Shown here: positions 17,845-26,901 of the stretch, in pieces | How positions within the stretch are numbered: position 1 is the first letter of the stretch | How the letters are laid out: each line of letters begins with the position of its first letter | Origin: Rikenellaceae bacterium | GTDB taxonomy: Bacteria; Bacteroidota; Bacteroidia; Bacteroidales; Rikenellaceae | Assembly: GCA_015060115.1 (NCBI GenBank) | Contig: SUZB01000009.1 | Location: forward strand, 13,260 to 77,259 | DNA length: 64,000 nucleotides | Reading direction: 5' to 3' | Notes under the pieces: generated by a model | Told to the model about the DNA's origin: nothing | The model's input: the letters and a program-made list of their open reading frames with translations, nothing else | Databases searched by the model: none | Position numbers and translations under genes: made by a program

Positions 17845-18111
17845 TTAGCTGTTAGTTATTAGTTGTTAGAGATTTTTTTAAGACGAGTAAGACAAGTAGG
17901 ACAAATAAGACATAGTATGATACCCGACCTCGTATTGGTCCTAAGGTCTTATCGTCTTAATGGTCTTAAAAACTCTCTGCGCTCCCCCCAGGAGCGCATC
18001 TAACAACTAATAACTAATAACTAACAACTAAAAAAGAGCGAATGGAATACTCAAAATATCCATTCGCTCTTATCGCTTAGAGGTCGCAATGGCCTCTTAT
18101 CACAACAAATT
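17845..18111. repeat. Composite intergenic mosaic: heptamer array, A, inverted heptamer array and half D
   Basis: A core at 17919; CTAACAA array at 18000-18031; terminator hairpin at 18034-18071; stop-adjacent arm to 18111. Confidence 0.8.
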
Positions 18112-18583
18112 ACCTTCTATTGTTCTTGGGCGCCTCCTTGCCACTGGCAGCCTGAGCCTCAGCCTTGACGCGAGCAATCTCCGACTTGGCCTGAGCTACA
18201 CGGCTCTTGTGGTCCTCAACGATAGACTTGGTCTTAGCCTTGGCAGCAGCAACCTCCTGCTTGGTGCGGGCAGACTCCTGCTTGTAGCGCTCGGTAGCCG
18301 ACTTAAGCTCGGCCTTGGCCTTAGCAACACGAGCCTTCTGCTCCTCGACAACGCGGCGATAGTTCTCCTTAACCTCCTGAAGGTCAGACTTTACAAGATT
18401 AAGACGGCTCTCGGCAGCATCAACTGTAAGACGCTCCTCCGACTTAGCCTCCTCAACAGCACGGCGCTGGTCGATAACGGTGTTGTCGTAGAGTGCCTGA
18501 GCCTCAGCGATGGTGCGAGGCGACTGTGCCGAAACGGCGCTCACTGCGAGGAGCGCAACGATAGTAAACAAGAATTTCTTCAT
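18110..18583 (-). CDS. Secreted coiled-coil protein with three ~43-aa repeats
   Basis: Signal peptide MKKFLFTIVALLAVSAVSA-Q; Ala/Lys/Glu-rich; VEEAKSE, VAKAKAE and VAQAKSE spaced 43 aa apart. Confidence 0.8.
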   Translation of the reverse strand: MKKFLFTIVALLAVSAVSAQSPRTIAEAQALYDNTVIDQRRAVEEAKSEERLTVDAAESRLNLVKSDLQEVKENYRRVVEEQKARVAKAKAELKSATERYKQESARTKQEVAAAKAKTKSIVEDHKSRVAQAKSEIARVKAEAQAASGKEAPKNNRR

Positions 18584-18641
18584 ATCTTTAATGATTTAGA
18601 TTTTTTCTTGAGAACAAAGATAATATTTTTACGCTGAATAA

Positions 18642-18675
18642 CAAAAAAAGTCCACCACTTTTTCGGTGGCGGACT
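18642..18675 (-). terminator. Intrinsic terminator of the glucan locus
   Basis: Minus-strand AGUCCGCCAC...GUGGUGGACU followed by a U-tract. Confidence 0.7.
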
Positions 18676-18701
18676 AATAAATTGCATCGCAAGATGCTAC
18701 A

Positions 18702-20567
18702 CTATCGCTCAAACTCTACGATAAGAGCCGTTGCGGGAGCAACCTTGGCGTGCGACATATCAACGCTCTTGCCCGTAACGACATCCTTACCAACCTTGAG
18801 GTCGGCGCTAATCTCCGAGTAGCGCTGCCAAGGCACAATACGCTCGTCGTCGGAGTTGTTGATATATACAAACACCACGCTCTCATCATTATAGCGGAAG
18901 TAGGCGTAGGTATTGTCGCGGTCGATAAAGTGAAGTGTCTTGCCGCTATGGATAACCTCCTTAGTCTTACGCCAGTTCATAAGTGTGCGAGTGTAGTCGA
19001 AGACATCCTTCTCTTCGCCCTTATGCTCGGCACGGTCGAAGAGATTTAGCTTGTCGCCCTCCCAGCCACCGGGGAAGTCCACACGCAGGGTGGGATGACC
19101 CTTAGAGCGGTCGGTAGAGCGGAACATAAGTTCATCGCCATAGAGCATCTGGGGCATACCTCGCATAGTGCAGAGCATAGCCGCCACGAGCTTCATACGG
19201 CGGGCATCACCCTCGACAACATCGCCCACGCGGTCGGTATCGTGGTTGCCGGCCATAATCATCATATTGCTAAGGTCGTGATATACAAAGTCGTGCGAAA
19301 GAACATCATAGATGCGGGTCATACCCTTGCCCCAATCGAACTTATTGCCACCCTCGGTCATAGCGGCACGGATAGCATCGTGCAACGGGAAATCCATAAT
19401 AGACTTAAGGTGTGAGTTGAAGCCATCTTTGTTGTAGTTGCCACCCTGCCAATATGCTAACTGAGGGATAGAGGCGGTCCACACCTCGCCCACGATATTG
19501 AAGTTAGGGTACTCGTCCATAACAGCCTTGCACCACTGGCTCATAGGCATCTTCTCGTTGTAGGGATAGGTATCGACACGGAAGCCATCGAGGCCCGAAA
19601 ACTCAATCCACCATATAGCCCACTGCTGGAAGTAGCGCAAGAGGTAGGGGTTGTCGAGGTTCATATCTGCCATTGAGCGATCAAACCAGCCACTCTCCAT
19701 CTGATAGAGGTCCGAAGCCGAGGCGTTGAAGTCCATATTCGTTGAGAATGTCCAGTTTGACTGGGTGTACTTATCCCACTGGTGAGTCCAATCCTCGAAG
19801 GGCTGGTCGTTGTACCACCAATGCGATGTCGAGCTATGGTTGGGCACAATATCCATAATCACCTTAAGGCCACGCTTGTGGCACTCCTCAACATACTCCT
19901 TGAAGAGGTCGTTGGTGCCATAACGGGGGTCGATAAGGTAGTAGTCGCTGCACGAATAGCCATGATACGATGCGCCATTCTCATCATCGAGCAACATAGG
20001 CGTAGACCAGATAGCCGTAGCACCAAGGTCTGCGATGTAGTCTAAGTGGTCGATAATACCCTGAATATCACCACCGTGACGACGACCGGGATTAGAGCGA
20101 TTTACCTTCTCTACGGTATTCCAAGTAGAGTCGTTTGACTCATCGCCATTAGCGAAGCGGTCGGGCATAATAAGGTAGACAAAGTCTGCCGTAGTGAAGC
20201 TCTTGCGAAGGCGTGAGCCCTCCTCACGAGAGGCGATGGTGTAGCTACGGTCGTAGCTGCGCTTGCCGTCCGAGAAGCGTAGGATATAGTCGCCAGCAAC
20301 AGCATCCTCGGCAATATCTACATCAATAAAGAGGTAGTTGGGGCTGTCGGCACGATGCACGGCACGCACCTTAACACCCTGATTAGCGGGCAAAATATCG
20401 ACATCAAATGCCGAGATACCCTCGCCATTTGCCATAAGCTGCAAGGGCATATTCATACCCACCCACCACGACAGTGGCTCAAGGTGGCGCAACTCAAACT
20501 TAGGCTTTGCGGCCGTTACGGAGAGGGCCACAGCCAACAACATAATAATAGAGATTACTTTCTTCAT
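18702..20567 (-). CDS. susA: GH13 neopullulanase/cyclomaltodextrinase (SusA-like), periplasmic
   Basis: Signal peptide; HLEPLSWWVGM N-domain; MPDRFANGD, DGFRVDTYPY, VGEVW and GNHDTDR catalytic regions. Confidence 0.85.
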   Translation of the reverse strand: MKKVISIIMLLAVALSVTAAKPKFELRHLEPLSWWVGMNMPLQLMANGEGISAFDVDILPANQGVKVRAVHRADSPNYLFIDVDIAEDAVAGDYILRFSDGKRSYDRSYTIASREEGSRLRKSFTTADFVYLIMPDRFANGDESNDSTWNTVEKVNRSNPGRRHGGDIQGIIDHLDYIADLGATAIWSTPMLLDDENGASYHGYSCSDYYLIDPRYGTNDLFKEYVEECHKRGLKVIMDIVPNHSSTSHWWYNDQPFEDWTHQWDKYTQSNWTFSTNMDFNASASDLYQMESGWFDRSMADMNLDNPYLLRYFQQWAIWWIEFSGLDGFRVDTYPYNEKMPMSQWCKAVMDEYPNFNIVGEVWTASIPQLAYWQGGNYNKDGFNSHLKSIMDFPLHDAIRAAMTEGGNKFDWGKGMTRIYDVLSHDFVYHDLSNMMIMAGNHDTDRVGDVVEGDARRMKLVAAMLCTMRGMPQMLYGDELMFRSTDRSKGHPTLRVDFPGGWEGDKLNLFDRAEHKGEEKDVFDYTRTLMNWRKTKEVIHSGKTLHFIDRDNTYAYFRYNDESVVFVYINNSDDERIVPWQRYSEISADLKVGKDVVTGKSVDMSHAKVAPATALIVEFER

Positions 20568-20573
20568 ACTAAT

Positions 20574-21860
20574 CTATTTCTTCACTAAAATACGGTAACT
20601 CCACGGAGCGAGATCCTGCTCGAAATGCTCCTTAAGCTCTTCCTTCTCGCCTGTAAGGGCATCACGGTAATCACCCGCATAGATGCCTGTATGGAAGTCT
20701 GCGTGGATAGTATATGGCGAGAGGTTGACAATGGCAACAACACGGCTACCCTCGACCTCGCGCACAAAGCTAAACATACAATCCTTGGCGTTGTTCTCAA
20801 TCTCGACCATCTCGCCACCCACAGCGCCCGCAGCTAAGGCTCGCTCGCTATGCTTCAGCGCAGCCAAGCGACGATATAGCTCCGTAGTGCGGTTTTCGCG
20901 ATAGCTATCCTCAGGGATAGGGTCGCGGTCGAAGAACTTAAACGAATGGTTGTAGCCCACCTCCTGACCGGTATAGATAAGAGGCATTGTCGAGGGCATA
21001 AGGAAGGTCATAGCGGTCATCGTCTCCAACGAAGCACCAAACCTATCCTGCTCCGAGCCACTCCACGAATTTTCGTCGTGGTTCGAGGTAAAGCTCATAC
21101 GGATGGCCTCCTTGGGGTACTTCTTTCGCTCCGAGTGGATAGCATTGCGCATATCCCACACACGGCGTGCACCCTTGGCAATATCGACCATAATATGGTG
21201 GATATTCCACTGGTAGCTGGCGTTAAAGGCACGGTCGAAGAGGTTGTCCTCCTCGGCCTCGGCCAACATAAAGATGTCGGGCTTGATGCGGTGTAGCTCA
21301 GTAGAGACCTCCTGCCAAAACTCGATGGGCACCAACATCGCCATATCGCAACGGAAGCCATCGATGCCGAACTCCTCGACCCAGTAGCGCATAGCATCTA
21401 TCTGTCCGAGCCAGACATCGTGGTTCGAGTAGTTGAGCTTTGCGGTATCTGTCCAATCCCAAGGCACCTTAGCCACACCCTGCTCATCGCGCTCATACCA
21501 GTCGGCAGGGCGCTCCGTAAGCCATCGTGCATCGCGTGCCGTATGGTTGGCCACCCAGTCGAGCAAAACCCTCATACCGAGGGCGTGAGCCGCCTTGACG
21601 AAGGCCCTAAAATCAGCTTCAGAGCCAAACTCAGGGTTAATATTTTTGTAGTCCTTGATTGAATAGTAAGAGCCAAGGCTACCTTTGCGCCCCGCCTCGC
21701 CAATAGGGTAGATGGGCATTAGCCATATAGCATCGATGCCGATAGAGCGCAGAAAAGCGAGTCGCTCGGTGGCGGCACGAAATGAGCCTTCGGCGGTGAG
21801 TTGTCGTATGTTCATCTCGTAGAGCACTGCGCTATGGCTCCACTCAGGGTTTGTGTACAT
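20574..21860 (-). CDS. GH13 alpha-amylase family protein without signal peptide
   Basis: LDWVANH, DGFRCDMA, MLAEA and SNHDENSW motifs. Confidence 0.9.
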   Translation of the reverse strand: MYTNPEWSHSAVLYEMNIRQLTAEGSFRAATERLAFLRSIGIDAIWLMPIYPIGEAGRKGSLGSYYSIKDYKNINPEFGSEADFRAFVKAAHALGMRVLLDWVANHTARDARWLTERPADWYERDEQGVAKVPWDWTDTAKLNYSNHDVWLGQIDAMRYWVEEFGIDGFRCDMAMLVPIEFWQEVSTELHRIKPDIFMLAEAEEDNLFDRAFNASYQWNIHHIMVDIAKGARRVWDMRNAIHSERKKYPKEAIRMSFTSNHDENSWSGSEQDRFGASLETMTAMTFLMPSTMPLIYTGQEVGYNHSFKFFDRDPIPEDSYRENRTTELYRRLAALKHSERALAAGAVGGEMVEIENNAKDCMFSFVREVEGSRVVAIVNLSPYTIHADFHTGIYAGDYRDALTGEKEELKEHFEQDLAPWSYRILVKK

Positions 21861-21888
21861 TGCCTGTTTTGGTGTAAAAAGAGAAAAA

Positions 21889-21927
21889 GAGCGACTAAAA
21901 GAGCCACGATTGCCCTCTTAGTCGCTC
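21889..21927 (-). terminator. Terminator/attenuator hairpin between the two paralogous GH13 genes
   Basis: GAGCGACTAAAAGAG...CTCTTAGTCGCTC, followed by a U-rich tract on the minus strand. Confidence 0.6.
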
Positions 21928-21937
21928 GATAAGTTTA

Positions 21938-23338
21938 CTACTTCGCAAGAAGCATATACTGCCAAGGAGCAAGCTCCATCTGCTCGCCAGCAACGATGCT
22001 CTTCTTCTCGCCACAGATGCAGTCGTAGTCGCCAGCAACAGCCTCGGTGAATGTTACAACCTGAGGCTCAGCCGAGAAGTTGAACAAGCAGAAAACCTTG
22101 TTCTCCTCGTTCTCGCGAGTGAATGCCAAGACTGCCTCAGGAGCGCCCTCAAGATATACCACGGGGGCAACAACAGCGCCAGCAGCCAACGCAGAGTTCT
22201 CGTGACGGAAAGCACACAACGCCTTGTAGAAGTCGCGGTACTCCTTGCCATACTCCCTATCAACAAGCTCTACAACAGAGTCCTTCTCGAAGAACTGCAA
22301 ACGGCGGTTAAGACCAATCTCCTGACCAGTGTAGATAAGGGGCTGACCCTTAGGCAACACGAAAGTAAGGGCTGCGAAGGTCTTGTGCGCATCACCCATA
22401 CGCTCCATCTCAGTGCCAGCCCAAGAGTTCTCGTCGTGGTTCGAGGTGAACATAAGACGCATAGCGGGTGCGGGGTACTTCTCGTCATCGCGAGCGATGT
22501 AGTCCTTCAAATCCTGAACCGTCTTTGCATCGGTCTTGATGGTGCCATCACCGGCAACATTCTTAGTCTCGCTACCACCCTTAGCCATAGCGTTGAAGAT
22601 GTGGTGGAGCTCCCAAGCGTAGGTAGCGTCGAAGTCGCTATCGTGCAACCAAGTCTCCTCGCCCTCAGCCAAGAGGTAAACATCGGGGTTGATGGCGCGA
22701 ACCTCCTCCCAAGCCCTCTTCCAGAAGTCGCCGGGGACATTCATCGCAACATCGCAACGGTAGCCATCTACACCCTTCTCAATCCAGAACTTGAGGGCAT
22801 CGAGCATAGCAGCACGCATATCCTCGTTCTTGTAGTCGAGCTTGGCGATATCTGTCCAGTCGTACTCTACGATAGGAAGGCCTGTTGCCTCGTCCATAAC
22901 ATACCAATCCTTCTTGCCCTCTTTCCACCAGTTGGCATCGCGTGAGGTGTGGTTGGCAACCCAGTCGATGATAACCTTGAGGCCAAGGTCGTGAGCCGTA
23001 GCAAGGAACTTATCGAAGTCCTCCATAGTACCGAACTCAGGGTTGATGGCCTTGTAGTCGATAATCGAGTAGTATGAGCCAAGAGTACCCTTACGGCCAT
23101 CTACGCCGATAGGGCTGATGGGCATAAGCCATACGATATCAACGCCCATATCCTTCAAAACGGGCAGGTAGGCCTCTGCTGCAGCAAAGGTACCCTCCTC
23201 GGTAGCCTGACGAATGTTGAGCTCGTAAACTACCGAATTGTACTTGTCAAATGCGGGGCTCTCTGCCACCTTCTCGGCGTTGCCTACACAACCTACCAAT
23301 GTTGCAACGAGTGCAACCAAAGCAAATAGTCTCTTCAT
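21938..23338 (-). CDS. GH13 alpha-amylase family lipoprotein (paralogue of 20574-21860)
   Basis: Lipobox LVGC; IDWVANH, DGYRCDVA, LLAEG and SNHDENSW motifs. Confidence 0.9.
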   Translation of the reverse strand: MKRLFALVALVATLVGCVGNAEKVAESPAFDKYNSVVYELNIRQATEEGTFAAAEAYLPVLKDMGVDIVWLMPISPIGVDGRKGTLGSYYSIIDYKAINPEFGTMEDFDKFLATAHDLGLKVIIDWVANHTSRDANWWKEGKKDWYVMDEATGLPIVEYDWTDIAKLDYKNEDMRAAMLDALKFWIEKGVDGYRCDVAMNVPGDFWKRAWEEVRAINPDVYLLAEGEETWLHDSDFDATYAWELHHIFNAMAKGGSETKNVAGDGTIKTDAKTVQDLKDYIARDDEKYPAPAMRLMFTSNHDENSWAGTEMERMGDAHKTFAALTFVLPKGQPLIYTGQEIGLNRRLQFFEKDSVVELVDREYGKEYRDFYKALCAFRHENSALAAGAVVAPVVYLEGAPEAVLAFTRENEENKVFCLFNFSAEPQVVTFTEAVAGDYDCICGEKKSIVAGEQMELAPWQYMLLAK

Positions 23339-23358
23339 AACTCTATTTTTTTGTTAAT

Positions 23359-25491
23359 TTATTTGTTTACAACGATATAACCATAAGCGGGTAGGTTAAT
23401 CTTAACCTTGCCACCACCACAGCACTCAACAGCTGCACCATCTGTTGCAATTGCGGTCTCGAAGCCACGACACTCGCCACACTCAACAGCCGAGCATACG
23501 ACAAATGAGGGCAACTCAGCGATAACCTCAGCCTCCGTATCGCGAACATTCATCGCTACAACAGCCCAGTCGCCCATATAGTGGCGGATAAATACCCAAA
23601 CGGCATCGTCAGAGTAGAGTGTGCGGTAGTCGCCATACATCAAAGGCATCGACTCGCGGCGCTCCTTGAAGAGGGCCTTGGTCTGCTCCAACTCCTTAGC
23701 CTGATAGTCGTTGGCGCACTCGAAGGTCATCATATCGCGGTTATCGGGGTCGTTAGCACCGGGAACACCATACTCGTCACCCTGATAGATACACGGAACA
23801 CCGGGAACTGTCGAGATAATAGCCTTCATAAGCTGCAAGCCTGCGTGGCCCTTGTCCATATCGCCTACTACAACCTCGCGGTGCCAGCCCTCAGCCTTGT
23901 CATCGGGGCACCAGAGCGACATATCACCACCTGCCAACGAGATAAAGCGGGGCTTATCGTGGTTGCCGGTGATGTTACCCATAGTGTGGTGTGAGCCATA
24001 GGCTGCCTCAGACTCCTCTACGGTGCGCACGATCTCCTGCATCGAGCGGTTGGTATCAACGATAACATCGCGTGAGGTGTGGTAGAGGTTGAAGTCGAAC
24101 TGCGAGTCAATCATACCTGTCTTGACATACGAGCCGATAAGCTCAACATCGCCATAGGTCTCGCCAATCTGCCACAAGGCACGGTCGGGCATCTCCGACT
24201 TCATCTTATGTGTAAGCATACGCCAGTAGTTCAACGGAATATGCTTGCACGCATCGTGGCGATAGCCATCGAAGTCGAAGTTACGCACCCAGTAGAGCGC
24301 TGTGTCGGTCATAGGGTCGCATACCTCCTCACGGCGTGTGTCGAGTGTAGGGATATGCTCATCAAACCAAGTGGTGAGGCGTGTTTCGCCGTCCCACTGA
24401 CCGATATTCTTGCGACCATCGGGCAAGTAGAGGTCGGTAGTCCAATCGGGGTGCTCCTTGAGCACGGGAGAGTCGATATGGAGGTGGTTAGCCACATAGT
24501 CGAGGATAACATTCATCTCGCCATCGTGAGCCGTAGCGAGCATCGTGCGAAGCTCCTCATCGGTGCCGAAGCGCTCATCAACCTTGGTGTTGTAGATGGG
24601 CCAGTAGCCGTGATAACCAGAGAACTTGGTGTCGGGATTAACATTCTGACCCCAAGCATCGTAGGGATTCTGCGTAATGGGCGAAATCCAGATTGTGGTG
24701 ATGCCCAAATCGGTAAAGAAGCCGTCGTTAATCTTCGCGGTGATACCCGCAATGTCACCACCCTGATAATCAACCTTGTCCAACACCTCTGGAGAGTTTA
24801 TCTTCCAGTCGTTGGCCTTATTGCCGTTGTTGAAGCGGTCAATCATCAACGAGTAGAGAATCTGCGACTGGTTGTCCTGACGGCGGATAAGCGCAGGGTC
24901 GGTAACAACCTCGCCATACTCCAAAGGAAGAAGAATGTCGTTGAAACGACCCTCCTCCGAGGCAGCGAACACGCGGATTACTGAGCGCTGAAAATCCTTA
25001 GCGCGAGCGGGGATAGTAACCTCGATAGCGTTATCCAAGAGCTTTACGCCCTCTAAACGCACATTCTGCCACATTGCCAATGCCTCCTTTACGGGTGCGG
25101 TAGTAGCAATCGAAACCACGCCATTCTCGGCCTTAGTGGTAGACATATAGCTACCCTTGGTATCACGCGAGCCACCCAAGATAACGATAGAGAGGGTCTC
25201 CTCGCCGTGAAGAACATCGATAGTCGATACCAAAGCCTCGTCGATAGCCGTAACCTCAAACTCCGACCAATCCTCAGTTAGGGCATTGAGCGACAAGCGC
25301 TCATCAGCGGTCGTTACGCCATCGGCACCCACCCACTGGGGGTAGTAGTCGGTAAGATAGTGAGCCGTAGTGCCCGCCTTGATGGACATAGGCACAACCG
25401 CAGCTGCATTGCCACGCTCAAACTTTGCCTCAGGCTGAGCACAGCCTACGACAACGAGCGCAAGGGCAATAGTAGAAAAAATCTTTCTCAT
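23359..25491 (-). CDS. GH13 alpha-amylase family lipoprotein with N-terminal accessory domain
   Basis: Lipobox VVGC; IDRFNNG, LDYVANH, DGYRHDACKH, IGETY and GNHD motifs. Confidence 0.88.
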   Translation of the reverse strand: MRKIFSTIALALVVVGCAQPEAKFERGNAAAVVPMSIKAGTTAHYLTDYYPQWVGADGVTTADERLSLNALTEDWSEFEVTAIDEALVSTIDVLHGEETLSIVILGGSRDTKGSYMSTTKAENGVVSIATTAPVKEALAMWQNVRLEGVKLLDNAIEVTIPARAKDFQRSVIRVFAASEEGRFNDILLPLEYGEVVTDPALIRRQDNQSQILYSLMIDRFNNGNKANDWKINSPEVLDKVDYQGGDIAGITAKINDGFFTDLGITTIWISPITQNPYDAWGQNVNPDTKFSGYHGYWPIYNTKVDERFGTDEELRTMLATAHDGEMNVILDYVANHLHIDSPVLKEHPDWTTDLYLPDGRKNIGQWDGETRLTTWFDEHIPTLDTRREEVCDPMTDTALYWVRNFDFDGYRHDACKHIPLNYWRMLTHKMKSEMPDRALWQIGETYGDVELIGSYVKTGMIDSQFDFNLYHTSRDVIVDTNRSMQEIVRTVEESEAAYGSHHTMGNITGNHDKPRFISLAGGDMSLWCPDDKAEGWHREVVVGDMDKGHAGLQLMKAIISTVPGVPCIYQGDEYGVPGANDPDNRDMMTFECANDYQAKELEQTKALFKERRESMPLMYGDYRTLYSDDAVWVFIRHYMGDWAVVAMNVRDTEAEVIAELPSFVVCSAVECGECRGFETAIATDGAAVECCGGGKVKINLPAYGYIVVNK

Positions 25492-25524
25492 ATTTGTTTG
25501 TGTTTTAGTAATTTATCTCTCGCG

Positions 25525-26802
25525 TTATTCGATATCCAACATCCAGTCGATACCCTCGTGGAGGTTGTTTTGGTTGGTAAAGTCCCAGTAGGAGTTATTC
25601 TCCCAAGTAGAGCCGTAGCCCCAAGCAGCGGGATAGGTATAGAGTCCTGTGCCGTGTCCCTGTGCCTTGCCCTCCAAGAGGTCGGGCAGCGACTCTGTGC
25701 CCCAGGTGATTACGCCGATACCGCCACCCCTCTTTACATCTTCGGCCAACGCCCTTAGCCACTCGCGCTGCTTGGCGGGAGTGTAGTTCGTAGTGTTTGT
25801 GGCATCGTTCCAGTCGGGGTAGTTGTACGAATTGTCGCACCAGTCGCCCATCCACTGACCTGCTACGGTGCCTGTGGTGAACGAGTGTGCTGTTTCGAGC
25901 ACCATAATAGGCTTGCCATACTTCGACTGCATAGCCTTGCCCAATGCCTCAAAGTTGGCATAAGAGCCCATCGAGTGGCCGATATTTGTGCCGGGATACC
26001 ACGACAGAGCGATAATATCGAAGTTGGTGCAACCACTCTCGGTGTAGGTATCCATATAGCCCAACTTTGCAGGGTTGGCGATATGCAGTGCCGAGAGAAT
26101 ATCGAGCTCATACTTGCGGGCAAAGTCACGAACTGCCGTATGGCCATAGTTTAGCAGGCGTGCTGTGCGTGCGCCATCGTGCGTGCCGTTGAGCAAGAAG
26201 CCGATATTAACCTCGTTGCCCACAGCCACAATCTTGAGGTCGATACCCTCTTTATGGAGCGCCTCCAACGACTCTAAGACCCAGTTGTAAAGCTCGCCAC
26301 CGAGCGTCACCTCGTCTAACGACTTCCAATCCTCAGGGATATTGTTGTGCGTAGCGCCCGTAGAGGAGTATTTGTCGTAGTCGGGCTTAAGCGTAAGCAT
26401 AATGTCGAGACCCTCGGCCTGGGCGCACTTGGCATCCTCCACCACACGGGGCATAAGTTGCCAGTCAATCGTAACACCGTTAATCTCGGCAAATGGCTCA
26501 CGGTCGAGCTGCAAGCGCACAATGTTTGCACCGTGATTTTTGATAGATGTATAGGGGTTGGTCACCTCGCCACCCTCGCGGTACTCCAAACCGAAGTCTA
26601 TCATATAGTTAGCAAACGACATTGTCGTTCCCTTGTAGAACTTCTCCACATCGGGCATAGGCTCTGGTTCGGGTTCTGGCTTAGGGTCGGGCACAGGCTT
26701 CTCCGGATTTGGGTCATCGGGGAATACTGGCTTATCATCGCCACCACACGCCACCGCCATAAGCATCGCAAGGGGCAACACTGCCCAAAGTAACTTTTTC
26801 AT
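25525..26802 (-). CDS. GH53-like (endo-beta-1,4-galactanase family) lipoprotein
   Basis: Start moved to MKKLLWAV at 26802; lipobox AVAC, Pro-rich linker; GANIVRL, VAVGNEVN (acid/base), LSWYP and KPIMVLETA (nucleophile) clan GH-A motifs. Confidence 0.72.
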   Translation of the reverse strand: MKKLLWAVLPLAMLMAVACGGDDKPVFPDDPNPEKPVPDPKPEPEPEPMPDVEKFYKGTTMSFANYMIDFGLEYREGGEVTNPYTSIKNHGANIVRLQLDREPFAEINGVTIDWQLMPRVVEDAKCAQAEGLDIMLTLKPDYDKYSSTGATHNNIPEDWKSLDEVTLGGELYNWVLESLEALHKEGIDLKIVAVGNEVNIGFLLNGTHDGARTARLLNYGHTAVRDFARKYELDILSALHIANPAKLGYMDTYTESGCTNFDIIALSWYPGTNIGHSMGSYANFEALGKAMQSKYGKPIMVLETAHSFTTGTVAGQWMGDWCDNSYNYPDWNDATNTTNYTPAKQREWLRALAEDVKRGGGIGVITWGTESLPDLLEGKAQGHGTGLYTYPAAWGYGSTWENNSYWDFTNQNNLHEGIDWMLDIE

Positions 26803-26823
26803 AGTCGGTATTCGTTTGTTAGG

Positions 26824-26890
26824 GGTTGGGAGGCCGATCAAAGCCGCCCAACCAAAGGATAGTATCGCGTGCGCAGGCACGCGATACTAT
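26824..26890. other. Two adjacent intercistronic hairpins
   Basis: GGTTGGG-a-GGC...GCC-g-CCCAACC and a perfect 14-bp stem ATAGTATCGCGTGC-GCAG-GCACGCGATACTAT. Confidence 0.65.
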
Positions 26891-26901
26891 ATTTAAGGTA
26901 A

